A stretch of 64,000 bases of DNA from Eledone cirrhosa (GCA_964016885.1 OZ024750.1:15810001-15874000), one strand, 5' to 3'; positions 25,501-38,838 are shown, counted from the stretch's first letter. The notes: generated by a model from the sequence alone, not told the origin. Translations and numbers: made by a program.

Positions 25501-28500
25501 CATACCTGTTGCTTTGTTCTTTCAGAGGAACGTTTAAGCGAAGATAAAATGGAAGTCCAAGATTATGAACAAAGTAGGGAAGCATTACTAGAACGTTATC
25601 ACGTGAGAGTCTTTCCTTTTATCACTCATGTTCTTATTTGAGAATTCAAAATTGCTGTTGTTTTTGTTACTGTTGTTGTTGTTTCAGTGGAACATGAACA
25701 GCATCAATCTCACTGGTTTTGGAGGACATCTGATGGCCATGGGCACTGTCCCTTCAGCTAGTAAATTTATCAGCCTCTGGAGGATCTTTGAATGCTATAG
25801 GCACTGTCCCTTCAGCTAGTAACTTTACTGGTCTCTGGAGGACCTCTGAAAGACAAGGACACTGTACCTTCCAGCAATCTCACTAGCGTTCGAGGACCTC
25901 TGAAGGCCATAAATACTGATCCTTCTTGCAGTAAATTCTCCTGTCTCAGAGATCCTGTGAAAACCATAGACAGTGCCCTTTCTTGTGGTAAACTCTCCTG
26001 TCTCAGAGATGCTGTGAAGGGCATGGAAAGTGCCCCTTCTTGCGGTAAACTCTCTTATCTCAGAGATCCTGTGAATGGCATAGACAGTGCCCCTTATTGC
26101 TGACTTGGCAAAGAAAATACAAAAAAAGAAAAAATTAGTAGTTTTATTTTCAATTGACATTTTCTGAATCTTGGATGACTTTGTGTATTACAGACAGCTA
26201 TAACTGCATTAGAGGAGCTACAATTTCGAAATTCACAGATACAGCAGAAACTAGCAGAGTATTTCAAGAAGAAGAAAGCAGATGATGTTCATACTGAACA
26301 AAAGGGTACATTAGACCAAGAGGAACGTTATGTCAAACTAATGGGTAGGGTTGTACATTTTTCTTTTAAACCAGAGTGAAGCAACAACAGAGTTACAAAT
26401 ATGTTTAGCACACTTAGACAAAACAACATTCCAAGATGATATAGTACCACAGCTACCATTCCTAGATGATATAGTACCACAGCTACCATTCCTAGATGAT
26501 ATGGTACCATAGCTACCATTCCTAGATAAGGTACCATAGCATTCCTAGATAAGGTACCACAGCTACCATCCTAGATAAGGTACCACAGCTACCATTCCTA
26601 GATATGGTACCATAGCTATCATTCCTAGATGATAAGGTACCACAGCTACCATTCTTAGATATGATACCATAGCTATCATTCCTAGATGATATGAAACTCT
26701 CAATCACATTTCTTTTGAAAGAACATGGACTACACAAAGTAGGAAGGATTTTTTAGCCTTGCACGAGACATAACATGCTCTCTGTTATTGGTGCCATGAT
26801 AAAATATATCTAATACACCCTCTAAAGTGATTGGCAATCAAACTTAGACAATGTAGGGTAAAGAGGGCGCTTTCAGGTGGCTCAGTATGAAATTGTTAAG
26901 TTGTTGTTTGGTATACAACTTTAAAAAAGTTTCTTACATAAAATTATTATGGAAGGCTTTTAGATAAATATAAACACTTTAATACAAACAATTTTGTATC
27001 ATATAAATAGTGGCAGTTTCAAGTAGCTTGGCATCAAATGTGTTAAATCTATCTATCTCTATTTGCAGCACAGATAGAAGACTTACAGGAACAAGAACAG
27101 GCTGAAAAAGACCGGCACTACCAATGTATTGAAGATTTGAAGAAGAAGTGTGCAGAGAAGAAGGAAAAAGTTGACAGTGAACTGGCAAATCTGTATGAAT
27201 TCAAGAGGGAGGTTGCTGTTTGCGCCATGAATAGCCGTACAGGGGAGCAAATACCCAAAACGGTGAGATGCTAGTGTTGAGTTTGGGTTTCTTTTCTTAT
27301 AAATACACAAAGACAATATGAACACAAACCTTCTTACTGTCATCTAGTTTGAACAGAAAGAGGTGAGAAAATTCTGGCCAGATTCAATCAGTTTAACCCT
27401 TTAGCATTTAAACCGGCCGTATCCAGCCAGAATTCTCTAACCTCTTTCTGTTCAAACTGGCTGTAACTGACCGCTCATACGGACATTAAAGTATTGTTCT
27501 CAAAATAAATAATATCAAAATCTCATAGATTCGATATTATGTGAGATAATTATGTAAGATAAAGCCTTTATCAAAAAATACAATAGTATATATAGAGTAA
27601 TGTAAATGTTAAAGGGTTAATATCAGAATTAACAAAGGTCAATTTATGTAGACAATTCCATGTTTATTGGCAGGATGTGGAGCATTACTTGCAGACAGAG
27701 AAGAAGAGACAGATGGAAGTTTCAAACATTCGACTGGAAAATATCAAACTGAAGAATAAACTAAAGAAGAAAGAACAACAGCTGAAAGCTACAGTGAGTC
27801 CCCTTTACTGTTTAGGGAGGCACGGAAACCAGTGTCCCATAACTTTTAATGTTTTAGTGAGGTATGGAAGACTAGTATACCATAACTTTTACTGTTTAGT
27901 GAGGTATGGAAGACTAGTATACCATAACTTTTACTGTTTAGTGAGGTATGGAAGACCAGTGTCCCATAACTTTTAATGTTTTAGTGAGGTATGGAAGACT
28001 AGTATACCATAACTTTTACTGTTTAGTGAGGTATGGAAGACCAGTGTCCCATAACTTTTAATGTTTTAGTGAGGTATGGAAGACTAGTATACCATAACTT
28101 TTACTGTTTAGTGAGGTATGGAAGACCAGTGTCCCATAACTTTTACTGTTTAGTGAGGTATGGAAGACTAGTATACCATAACTTTTACTGTTTAGTGAGG
28201 TATGGAAGACCAGTGTCCCATAACTTTTACTGTTTAGTGAGGTATGGAAGACTAGTATACCATAACTTTTACTGTTTAGTGAGGTATGGAAGACCAGTGT
28301 CCCATAACTTTTAATGTTTTAGTGAGGTATGGAAGACTAGTATACCATAACTTTTACTGTTTAGTGAAGTATGGAAGACCAGTGTCCCATAACTTTTACT
28401 GTTTAATGAGGTATGCAATGCCAGTGTCCCATAACTTTTTACTGTTTATATTAGTAATAATAAATACAAAGACCAAAATCCAAAGAGGACCCCAATAAGG

Positions 28501-31500
28501 GTTGTATATATATACAAATATATATAAACCTGTAGAGCAAATATATTTTTAGTACAATCTGCAGATAATCTGTACTACTACAACTAATAATAATAATCAT
28601 ATATATATACTCCTGAGTAAACAGACCCATTTGCACGCTTCGTCAAGTACTCTACTCTGCATGGTGAAGTGTCGGTGATTAACCAACACATACTCAAATT
28701 AATATTATATATATATCATCATCATCATTGTTTAACGTCCATCTTCCACACTAGCATGGGTTAGTACATTGGATGTACATTATATATATATATATATAAG
28801 GGCGGTGAATTGGCAGTATCGGTAGAGGGTTGGACGCCATGCTTTGACGCATAGAGTTACGGTCCTTGCCATTCTGAGTTCAAATCCCGCCGAGGTCAAC
28901 TTTGCCTTTCATCCTTACGGGGTCGATAAAATAAAGTACCAGTAATGCACTGGGTAATTGCTGGCCTTGTGCCAAAAGTAGAAACAATTATATATATATA
29001 TATATATATCATCGCCATCATCGTGTATATATATATACTAGGGTCCCTATCATTCCACTGTAAAGTGGTCGTGGAGGTGCCACGGCAAAAAAGCACCCAG
29101 CACTCACTGTAAATGAGGTTGGTGTTAGGAAGGGCATCCAGCTGTAGAAATCAAGCCAGAATCAGTTCCTGTCCCACCCTTGCAAGCAGGGGAAAGTGGA
29201 TGTAAAATGATGATGATGATGATACACACATACACGCAGATAGATAAATATCTATCTATATACATACCTATTTCCCATTCTTTATCTCTCTGTATCTCCT
29301 CACTAACTACATCTCTCTCGCTCTCTTGCTGTCTGTCTCTGGCACAATAGGAGGAACTTGCTGAAGGTTTACATCTCATTGACTTTGAACAACTCAAGAT
29401 TGAGAATCAAACATATAATGAAAAAATTGAAGAAAGGAACGAGGTAATTATTGTGCTGATTACTTCTACTGCTACTATTGCTGCTACTACTACTATTACT
29501 ACTACTATTAATACCCCCACCACTACTACTACTAGTAGTACTAGCACCACCACCACTACTACTACTATTAATACCATCACTAGTACTACCACCACCACCA
29601 CCACTACTACTACTACCACTACTACTATTAATACCATCACTACTACTACTACCACCACCACCACCACCACCACCACTACTACTACTACTACTACCACCAA
29701 CACTACTACTAGTACTAACACCACCACAACCACCACTACTGCTACTACTACTGCTAACACCACCATTACTACTACTATTACTACTACCACTACCACAAAC
29801 ACTACTACTACTACCACCAACACTATTACTACTGTTAAATTGCTAGCTTTGTGTGCCAATGTTAAAAAGAATTATATTTGCCACCCCTAAAGTTGGTGGA
29901 TTTTGCAGAATTGGTAGAGCATCAGAAAAAATGTGATTGTGGTATTTGTTCTGATTCTTTATATTATGAGTTCAAATCCTGCTGAGGTCAATTTTGTCTT
30001 TGGTCTTTCCAAGTGTTGATATAATTGATGACCTCGTGGATGTGCTTCAGACGAGACACATACGCTGGTATGGCCATGTTGAGCACAGTGAGGGGTGGAT
30101 CAGTAATTTGATGAATATCGATCCAGGAGGCAGTAGAAGCCCAGGAAGACCAAAAATGACTTGGATGTAGGATGTCCATCGGGATCAAGTTAGGCTTGGC
30201 CTGGCCCAACAGAGACCGGCTGACAGAAACACATGGAGTGGGACGCTAAGGAGCGCTGTCAGGCAGGACCCACCCCTACGCAAGGATTAATTGTGTCCTG
30301 CACCATCACCTCTGGCGTCACACAGTAATACAGAAGACCTGACTTCCCATGGGTACAAGCCGAAGCTGAAGTATATAGACAATATGCCCCCACCCCTCCC
30401 ACTGCAAAGTGGTTGTGGAGGTGCCACGGCAAAAAAGCCCCCAGCCCACACTGTAAGGTAGTTGTGTAGGCGCCACGGTAAAAAAGCACCCAGCACTCAC
30501 TGTAAATGAGGTTGATGTTAGGAAGGGCATCCAGCTGTAGAATTCGAGCCAAAATCAGTTCCCGTATGAGCAAGACAAGGTCAGCCGACCGGGCACTGCC
30601 CACAACAGGACAACCCGTCTAACCCATGCTAGTGTGGAAGAATGGACGTAAAACAGTGATGATGATGATAATCAAAAACTGGATGATGATAATGATGATT
30701 CTCCTCATCCCCAAATTACAAGCCTTGAAAATAAATTTGAGTTTATTGTATTTGCCATACCTTTCCATTGTTTTGCAGGAATTACAGAAATTAAGGAAAA
30801 AAATCAAAAGTACAGTTGAAGTCCTGACTCACCTGAAGGAGAAACTGCAGTTTATGAAATTAGAGAACAAAATGTTGGGTGATGAACTGAGTAAAGTGGA
30901 GTTGGCTGTTGTACAGGTAAATATTTCGTCTTTGATATTGTATAGGTAGGTGGTTAGTTTTTCCTTTTTATATTGTACAGGTAAATGATTAGCCTCTGGT
31001 GTTATACAAGTAGGTTGAACAGGTGGATGATGGAACTTTGATGTTGTATAAGTTGTGGTCTTTGATATTGTACATGTGTGTTATTAGTCTTTGATGTTGT
31101 ACAGGTAGATGATGGGATCTTGATATATAGGGAAATGGTGGGACCTTGATGTTGTGCATTTGAGTAGAGATAATTGATGTTATACAGGTGTGTTATGGGA
31201 TTTTGATGTTACATAGGTGTGTTATGGGATTTTGATGTTACATAGGTGTGTTATGGGATTTTGATGTTACACAGGTGTGTTATGGGATTTTGATGTTATA
31301 ACAGGTGTATGGTGGGATTGTGATATTACACAGGTGTGTGATGGGAACTGATGTTATCCAGGTGAATCTACATGTGATTATATAAACATCATGGCTACCA
31401 CTATGTAGGTCATGTGACTAAGTAGACATTCTCTCGTTGACTTACTGTCTGATTGTTTAGCCTCAGGCCATCACCAATTGAGCAGATCTAAGATCAAAGA

Positions 31501-32348
31501 TGTTCTAACTGTGACCATCCTGTGTTTTTCCAGTCAGTGTGTATCCAGAGTTCACATTATTTAATGTGTCCTTTTCCTTTCTGAATAGTAGGGTTTGATG
31601 TGAGAGAGATTTAGCTGCTTTTTTTAGTAAGGTAAACAACTTCATAGAGCAGTTGTGGGCAAACTGTAGCCAACGGGCTGCATGTGGCTCATTTAGCTTT
31701 TTGAACGGCACACCTAATTTCAAAATTACCTTGAATCTTTAGTAGTTCAGCCTGCCATATCATATGTAGTCCACTGCTCAAAAATGGTTGCCCATGCCTG
31801 ACATAGAGGCTCCATTATTGAGTGTTTTTACAATATTATCTTTGTATATGTGAATATTTATGTATGACCATAAGAGTTTGTTCTATAACTGTGTATGTGT
31901 ATGGATGTACATAGGTTCTTGATATATGCATGCTCTTATGGATCGTTATAAGTGACTGATGTATTGCTGAATGTATTGATGCACATAAATGTCTAGTGTA
32001 CATAAATGCCTGTTGTATGACTGTATGTATGTGCTTCATTCTGTGTAATAAATTCTTATCTTTTCATTTTTTCAACCTGCCATTTGACCTCAACAGAAGA
32101 GGGACCGACTGAACAACATAAAACAAGGCCGAGACTTTTTAAAAATTGATAACCAAGCCTTACAACAGAGGTGCGGTCTCTTGAACAGTAAAACCCTCTT
32201 GCATAACTTTGAGGTGCAGAAGGACGAGAGTGAAAATCTTCTAAAAGAAGTGGAAAATTTAAAATTACAATATGCAGAATTCAGCATGAACTCAGAGAAA
32301 TTGCAGAAGAAAATAGCTGCAGCCGAACACAGCAAGAGTTTGTTATAG
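14011..32348 (+). CDS. CCDC96: Coiled-coil domain-containing protein 96 / CFAP184 (DUF4201), about 1247 aa if the repeat exon is included. Exons 14011-14022, 15540-15657, 17917-20223, 22620-22810, 23678-23768, 25526-25602, 26194-26344, 27069-27262, 27674-27793, 29351-29443, 30779-30916, 32097-32348
   Basis: Phase-consistent GT-AG exons. Family-diagnostic peptides [67 protein letters not shown] and CGLL. Exons 1-5 are acidic or low-complexity and less certain than exons 6-12. Confidence 0.88.
15709..16262. repeat. (GAT/GGT)n compound microsatellite
   Basis: Read directly; abuts the (ATC)n tail of the RTE element. Confidence 0.95.
16263..17872 (-). mobile_element. RTE-clade LINE, 5'-truncated, frameshifted reverse transcriptase
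   Basis: [60 protein letters not shown] and a (GAT)n tail, spread over ORFs 17466-17864, 16563-17432 and 16280-16471. Confidence 0.95.
18049..20046 (+). repeat. Coding tandem repeat ([10 protein letters not shown] grading into [10 protein letters not shown]) inside CCDC96 exon 3
   Basis: Units of 30 nt and variants, built mostly of GNT codons; frame open throughout. Confidence 0.9.
20615..20870. repeat. (TA)n/(TACA)n microsatellite
   Basis: Read directly. Confidence 0.95.
21231..21357 (+). ncRNA. Type I hammerhead ribozyme motif (Penelope-like element terminus)
   Basis: tggct-CTGATGA-ggagagc...gcttct-GAAAC-aagtt-GTC-agcca: complete core, perfect 5-bp stem I, GUC cleavage triplet and a long loop II. 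Confidence 0.6.
21598..21882 (-). mobile_element. RTE LINE 3' fragment
   Basis: Near-identical to 16263-16520. Confidence 0.85.
21883..22292. repeat. (TATTATATTATATA)n AT satellite
   Basis: Read directly. Confidence 0.95.
23187..23402. mobile_element. piggyBac-like MITE
   Basis: TTAA-CCCTTTAGCATTTA...TAAATGCTAAAGGG-TTAA. Confidence 0.8.
23793..24243. repeat. (GTT/GGT)n compound microsatellite
   Basis: Read directly. Confidence 0.9.
24575..25111. repeat. Minisatellite (about 48-bp unit, about 11 copies) expanded inside an RTE-tailed SINE-like element
   Basis: Unit accactttacagtgtgggctaggtgctttttgtcatggcaccaaaatg translates as a 16-aa repeat. Confidence 0.9.
25705..26100. repeat. Degenerate tandem repeat, about 57-60-bp unit
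   Basis: Recurring ggcactgtcccttc...gtaaa.tctcctgtctcagagatcctgtgaa. Confidence 0.65.
26428..26692. repeat. 27-30-bp minisatellite
   Basis: Unit attcctagatgatatagtaccacagctacc. Confidence 0.85.
27393..27620. mobile_element. piggyBac-like MITE (opposite orientation)
   Basis: Same TIRs and TTAA flanks. Confidence 0.8.
27803..28448. repeat. 42-bp minisatellite, about 15 copies, two alternating variants
   Basis: ttttactgtttagtgaggtatggaagac(tagtatac/cagtgtcc)cataac. Confidence 0.9.
29460..29833. repeat. (CTA/CCA)n compound microsatellite
   Basis: Read directly. Confidence 0.95.
30907..31365 (+). repeat. About 29-bp tandem repeat derived from the exon 11 donor region
   Basis: Recurring ttgat(g/a)tt(g/a)(t/c)acagGT; homogeneous at 31175-31310. 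Confidence 0.7.
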
Positions 32349-32427
32349 AGATCGTGTGTCTAGTTTCTGAAGAATTTATAAATCCAGTCAATGAAATTGT
32401 TGAAATGCTTTTATTATCATTATTATT

Positions 32428-32885
32428 TGCTTTGACGCATAGAGTTACGGCCCTTGCCATTCTGAGTTTAAATCCCGCCGAGGTTAACTTTGCCTTTCAT
32501 CCCTACGGGGGTCGATAAAATAAAGTACCAGTAATGCACTGGATAATTGCTGGCCTTGTGCCAAAAGTAGAAACAATTATCATTATTATTTGGATTGGCA
32601 GTATCGGTAGACGGTCGGTCACCATGCTTTGCAGCATAGAGTTGTGTCCCTTAATAGTCTCAGTTCAAATTCCACCGCGGTTAACTTTACCTTTCATCCT
32701 TACGGGGTCGATAAAATAAAGCACCAGTAATGCACTGGGATAATTGCTGGCCTTTTATCGACCCCGTAAGGATAAAAGGTAATGTTAACTTTGGTGGGGT
32801 TTGAACGCAGACCGTAAAGGGCCGTAACTGTATGCTTCAAAGCATGGCATCCGACCCTCTACCGATACTGCCAATCCTCCGCCTC
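32428..32885. mobile_element. SINE cluster: two sense copies and one antisense copy
   Basis: Meta-type SINEs at 32428-32580(+), 32590-32752(+) and 32753-32885(-). Confidence 0.85.
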
Positions 32886-32949
32886 ATGTTAACTATAGTA
32901 CAATATTGTTATTTCATTTAGATCTGTACTGTTTCTCTATTGCCGGGTT

Positions 32950-33540
32950 TAGACCTTGAACTTAAGGCAATAAAGGTTTTCACTGTGTAGAAAGAACTTG
33001 TCTGAGAATGTCTGCTGTTCCTAGTAACCTTATCTTCTGTAGTTCAGATTTGATGATCCTGCAGGGAAGGGCACCAAGGTGCAGGTCTGATGATTTGGGT
33101 ATTAATCCTAATGCTCCTATTACCACAGGGATAGTGTTTGTGGTCATCCTCCCATGCAGTTGATCTCTATTTCCAGGTTTTTGTACTTTGAGAGTTTTTC
33201 CATTGTTTTTACAGATGTATTCTTGTCAGCTGGTCTGGAAAAATGTAGAAGGCTACATGTCCAGTCTGTTTTGTTTTTTATGATTATATCTTGTCTATTG
33301 GCAGTGATTTCTCGGTCAGTTATCACAGCATATCCCACAAGATGAATATGTTGCCATTTTCCATGACTTATTTTTAGTTGATGTACCATTTGTTAGATGT
33401 TTACATGTCATGAAAGTGGCAGAACATCCAGTGCACATATTTGGCAATGCGGTTGTGTCTTTTTATATATTCAGTTTTTGCCAGCTCTGGACACCCAGAG
33501 ATAACATGATCTACCGTTTCTTCATATTTGACCAGTTGGC
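32950..33540 (-). mobile_element. R4/Dong-like non-LTR retrotransposon 3' relic (restriction-like endonuclease)
   Basis: ITDREITANRQDIII...EKLSKYKNLEIEI followed by decayed TIPVVIGALG and QKIRLLGTADILR. Confidence 0.7.
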
Positions 33541-36449
33541 AGCACCATGCCTTGCTCATAGTAGGGTCGTGTTTGAAGTAGTTTTTTTACAGCTGCTGGA
33601 TGCCTTTCCTAACACTAACCATGTTTACAGTATGGAACTGTGTGGCACCATTATGTGGAGAGTTTGGCCAGTTGGCTGCACCATGCCTTGTTCATAGTGG
33701 GGCTGTGTTACTGGGTGGGCTGAGTTGTAGGCTCAGGTCTTTTGTTGTATGTTCTAGCACCTGAGGTCTCGGTCCTGTGTCATCTCCATTGTATGTCAAT
33801 ACTTATCTTTTTCCATTTCTTAGAGGGTTCTAAACCCCATTATTAGGCTAAAATTTCTTTAATAAAAAAAATACGGTGAAAGCTTCTATTTCTAATTTCA
33901 AACTCGCTTGCTGTTTCAAAATATACTTACTTTATATATGTGTGTGTGTACACACACAAATGATGTTACCATTTGAACCACTTGCTCTCCACCATACGAT
34001 TGCTCAAACATTTCATTCTTATCCCTTTCTTCTTTTATTCTACTTCGATAAAGGGTTGAACATGAAATATCAGATCCCTTTCCATCTGGTTTAATTATTT
34101 ACATAGTATATATTTGGTTTATGTTTTTGTCTACCATATGTATTCTATTTTTTTTTCTACTTCATTTCACTTTTTTCATAATCTTGTACTGTTAGTGCCA
34201 TTATCTCTATGTGTGTGTACCAACAGCTGCCTCTATATGGAGATACTGAATTCAACTCAATCTGGCCTTGAAATATATGCAAGATCAATATCTTTTATAC
34301 TAACTTTTGGTTTCTGCCTTTTGTAGAAAATATAGACCAGTTCTTTGTAAACAACGAAAAACAGTTATAAACAAAAGAACAGACAGAAGTCATTTGAATC
34401 GACAGTATTGGGTTTGAGAGGTCGCTTCACTCTTGCTGAGCATATGACAACTTCACTAGTGTTGTCATACTTTATTTTATACATTATTTTATCATAGCAC
34501 CAGCTATGATAAAAAATGCATTATTTACACTCTGTAAAATGGTAGTGTTGGTGCCACAATAGAATGCATCCAGTACACTTTGTAAAGTGTTTATAGTTTT
34601 ATAATACAAAAGCTCTAACTGTAAAGAGTTCATATTTACAGTCAAACTTCTTAATTTTAATCCTTTCGTTACCGTATTTCTAATGATATAGCCTGCCTAT
34701 ATGTTTCAATTTATTTTGGAAAGATTTAATAATATACATGTGTGTGTATGGAGGGGGATATCAGGTGTAGTGTTGGCAAATTTAAGGAAGCATGGAGGTT
34801 TTAAAGGATGCAGTGTCTCGACAGATAACAACTGATGCAGGTAGTTTGTTCCACGCTTCAGCAACTCTGAGTGTGAAAAAATGTTTCCGAAAGTGATGGA
34901 GCTGTGCTGTTTTCTGACTTTGTAGGCATGCCCACGTGTGATAGAAACATGGAATTCAAAAAGGTGTTCAGGGTTGTTGTTGGCAAGATGGTTAATAATT
35001 TGTATGTGTATATATGTGCATACATGTGTGTTTGTATCATCATCATCACCATTTTATGTCCATTTTTCCATGCTAGCATGGGTTAAAGAAGTTGTCCTGT
35101 TGTGGACAATGCCAGGTTAGGTGCCCATGTCTTGCTCATACAGAACTGATTTTGGCTTGTTTTCAACAGCTGGATACCCTTCCTAACACAATCCTCATTT
35201 ACAGTGAATACTGGGTGCTTTTTATTGTGGCACATACATGACCACTGTACAGTGTGGACTGGGTGTTTTTTGTCATAACACCTATACGACCACTTTATAG
35301 TGTAGACTGGGTGCTTTTTGTTGTCACACCTACATGACCACTTTATAGTGTAGACTGGGTGCTTTTTGTCGTGACACCTACACGACCACTTTACAGTGAG
35401 AGGGGGGGGGGGGAAGGCGCATACTGTCTATATGCTTTAGCTTGTATGTATATATGTGAATCCAGCCTACACTATTGCTGAGAAGATAAATAAAAACAAG
35501 AAAGCCAGAAATTGTGAAATGAAAGACTTTATATGTTAAAGAAAAAAGAATTGTTCAACAGAAACATTCGGTTATGGGATATTAAAACAGAATTATTTAT
35601 AAAAATATTGTTAAAAAGAAACAATTGGTTAACTTTCAACATTTTTAATTAATTCATTTAAGAAGTATGTTACTTCATATATTTATATTATAACATTTAA
35701 AATTGTCCTGGTAACCAGGTGGTGTATATATATATATATATAGCATCTAAGACCATCTTATTAGCAGATGTGTGTAGATTCCAAAATTGCCCTGGTCATA
35801 AAATTGTCTATAATAATTTATAAAATTTAACTGATCAGCAGTGTGTGTAAAATCATTTCTGAAATTTATCTGATCAGCAGTGTGTATATAATTAATTTAA
35901 AGATGTCTTGATCAGTGCGTGTGTATACATTATTTTGAAGGTGTCTTCATCAGAATACATGCGTGTTTAATAATTTCTAAAATTACCCTGATCAGCAGCA
36001 TGTATATAATTTTTTTTGAAATTCCCCTGATCTGTACAGCCCCATCATCCGTACTATATTACATCTATTTCCCATGTCTGCATGGGTTAAGCTGGTGTTC
36101 GAGGAAAGAGAATACTTTGATGTCTGTCAGTGGCATCCACAGGGATGGACAGTTACATTGGTTTTCACCTGACTCTCACGATTGGCTCCAAAAACTTTTT
36201 CGGCCACACTCCGGAAACTGCTTCTACTAGCAGGCTAAACTTTGTGAGGGACTTCATGCTTGGAGAGGAGATGGGCACCACCAAGCATTCTATGGCCCAC
36301 TGAAAGGCCATTGTAGATGGATAGTCAAATAACGTGCTGCATTGGTCAAGGCCTGGAAAATCAATGACTCTGCTCTGCTCTCCACTGCTATTTCCCAGGG
36401 TGGGGGTGATAAATGTGAAAATAGTATGACAACCACAATGACACCCACA

Positions 36450-37470
36450 CCCAGAATCATCAACCTTTCTAAAGAAAATACTGTCTTTGGGACATGGGAC
36501 ATGGAACATCCACACTGTTTGCTTATGGAAGGACAAAAGAACTTACACATGATCTTGCCAGATACAAATAGGGTATCTTAATGCTGGCTGAAGTCAAATG
36601 AACTGAATTTGATGAGACAACTACAGACGAAGGCCACAAACTGTGGTACAGTGATGATACCAAGCATGAAAATGGGCTTCATTGTAAACTCAGTCAACAG
36701 CTGTACACCAGTATCCAGCAGTCACATCACCATACATGTGGCTGCAAGACCACAAACCAATGCATCAACATTTGATTATGATGATGATGATGATGATGAT
36801 GATGATGTTGAAGAGTTCTATGAGGACCTGGAGAAAATTACCAAGATAGTTCCGAAAAAAGATATCCCCATCGCTTAGGAGACTGAAATGCCAAAGTAGG
36901 CTTGGGTGCATATGACCAATGGATGAGCTGGGATAGTGGGAGGATTTAGGATTGGAAAACATGATTGTGGACTCCACCTCCTAGAATTTGCTAGCACCCA
37001 CAACTTGACCCTAGCCAAAACTGTTCTCACACAAGACCTCACGGAGAACAACATGGCATGCACCCAATGGTAGGACTCACAAGCAAATTGACTTCACCCT
37101 TGCACCTCAAAAGTTCAAGTCTAGTATTAATAAGGCCAGAACTAGGACCTTCCCTCGTGCAGATGATGCTGATTTGGTTCTGATGACACTAAAGCTTAAA
37201 CTGAAAAATATCCATAAAAAGGGAGCCACATGTATCAAGTTTGATATAGATAAAGAAATCCTAAGGTTTCAGCAATGTTTGAGGTGAATGTAGGTGGCAG
37301 GTTTGCAGCTCTCAACTGTCTTGAAGAAAATATCAACTCCTTAACTGACAACACCAAGGAGGTATATCATGAAGGAGTTTTAGAAGTGGTGGGGAAAAAA
37401 AGAAGCTAAAAAGAAACCATGGGTTATTGATAACATTTTGGACCTATGTCATTTAAGACATAACTTAAAG
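36450..37470 (+). mobile_element. Decayed RTE-like LINE, endonuclease region
   Basis: Relics of FGTW, VEEFYEDLEKI, GD*NAKVG, LLEFASTHNLTLAKT, TWHAPNGRTHKQIDF and RTFPRAD, with many stops. Confidence 0.7.
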
Positions 37471-37854
37471 AAGACCAAGGTAACATATCAAGATGCAAGG
37501 TAACAACTCAGTCACTAGATACTCTCTCTGTAGCTGACTCTTTGGCTGGCCAAGGAAGCTCAGAATGAGTATGGAGAATCATGTGCCAATCACCAATCCA
37601 TGATGATGATGATGACCAATAAAGTAAATATGCATCAATTAGGTTTTTTCATCCCGTTGTACAGTACAATCAGCCTAATTAATTACTCCAGCAAAGTACT
37701 GTTAAGAGTTCTTCTAAAATGACTTAAAGGAAAGAGAGAAGAACAGCAAATGTGTGTATAATTCCTGTAGATCACACAGATTATTAAGCGTGTCATCATC
37801 ATCATTGTTTAACGTCTATCTTCCACGCTAGCATGGGTTAGACGGGAATTGTCC

Positions 37855-38531
37855 CACAGCGGAATTAGCTCTCTAAACTTTTTCCATCCCATTCTGACTC
37901 TGGCTACTGTACTTTCAGAGCACCCTTCACCACTGCTGATTTAGTCACCCAGGTAAAGGAAAGTACCTATTATTTTTATAGAACCATCTGGACAGTTGAA
38001 GGAGCTAGTATCTTGTGGGCACTTGCTGCTTATTGCACCTGAGCATCAGCCACATATAAAATCTACATTCTTAGATAGTTTGCCTGTGATCCCACTATAT
38101 CTTTTATGTACCCATTTGGGGCATAGAATGGAATTTCTACCTACTCCTTTCCTACACATTGAGCATGGCCATTTCCCAGAGGACACTTGTGCCTTATTTT
38201 CCTTTCTACATACTAAAACTTTAGTCTTAGACAAGTTAACTTTAAGGCCTTTTGATTCTAGGCCATGCTTCCATATTTGGAATTTCTTTTCTAGTTCAGC
38301 CATAGATTCAGCTATGAGAGTTAGATCATCAGCATAGAGAAGTTCCCATGGGCAGCTGGTCTTAAACTCTTCTGTAACAGCCTGTAGGGAAATAATAAAC
38401 AGGAGGGGGCTAAGGACAGAACCTTGATGAACACCAACTCTCACAAGCCAATCATCTACTAGTTTTCTAAGGGCCCACCAGATAATGGAGCAGGGCACTC
38501 TGTCAAAGGCTTTCTCCAAGTCAACAAAAGC
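37855..38531 (-). mobile_element. RTE LINE reverse transcriptase fragment
   Basis: [26 protein letters not shown] and LLYADDL; joined at its 5' side to a SINE. Confidence 0.85.
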
Positions 38532-38838
38532 TAATTTTATTGACCCTATAGGGATGAAAGGCAAAGTTAACTTCTGCAGGATTTGAACTGAGACCATAAC
38601 TCTATGCTGCAAAGCATAGTATCCGACCCTCTACCAATACTGCCAATCCATATCTATGTATAATGTCTGTATGTATGTATCTCTGTTTGTGAATCACCAT
38701 CATCATCATCATTTTTTAAAGCCCATTTTCCACATGTATGTATTTATATGTATGTATCTATGTACAATGTCTATGTATCTATGTATAATATCTGTATGTA
38801 TGTGTATATCTGTGTGTGTATGTGTGTCTTTGGTGATC

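Noticed and set aside
33960-34460. Coding-looking purine-rich minus-strand stretch
   Set aside because: Interrupted by stops and no family motif recognised; possibly a transposon relic but unsupported.
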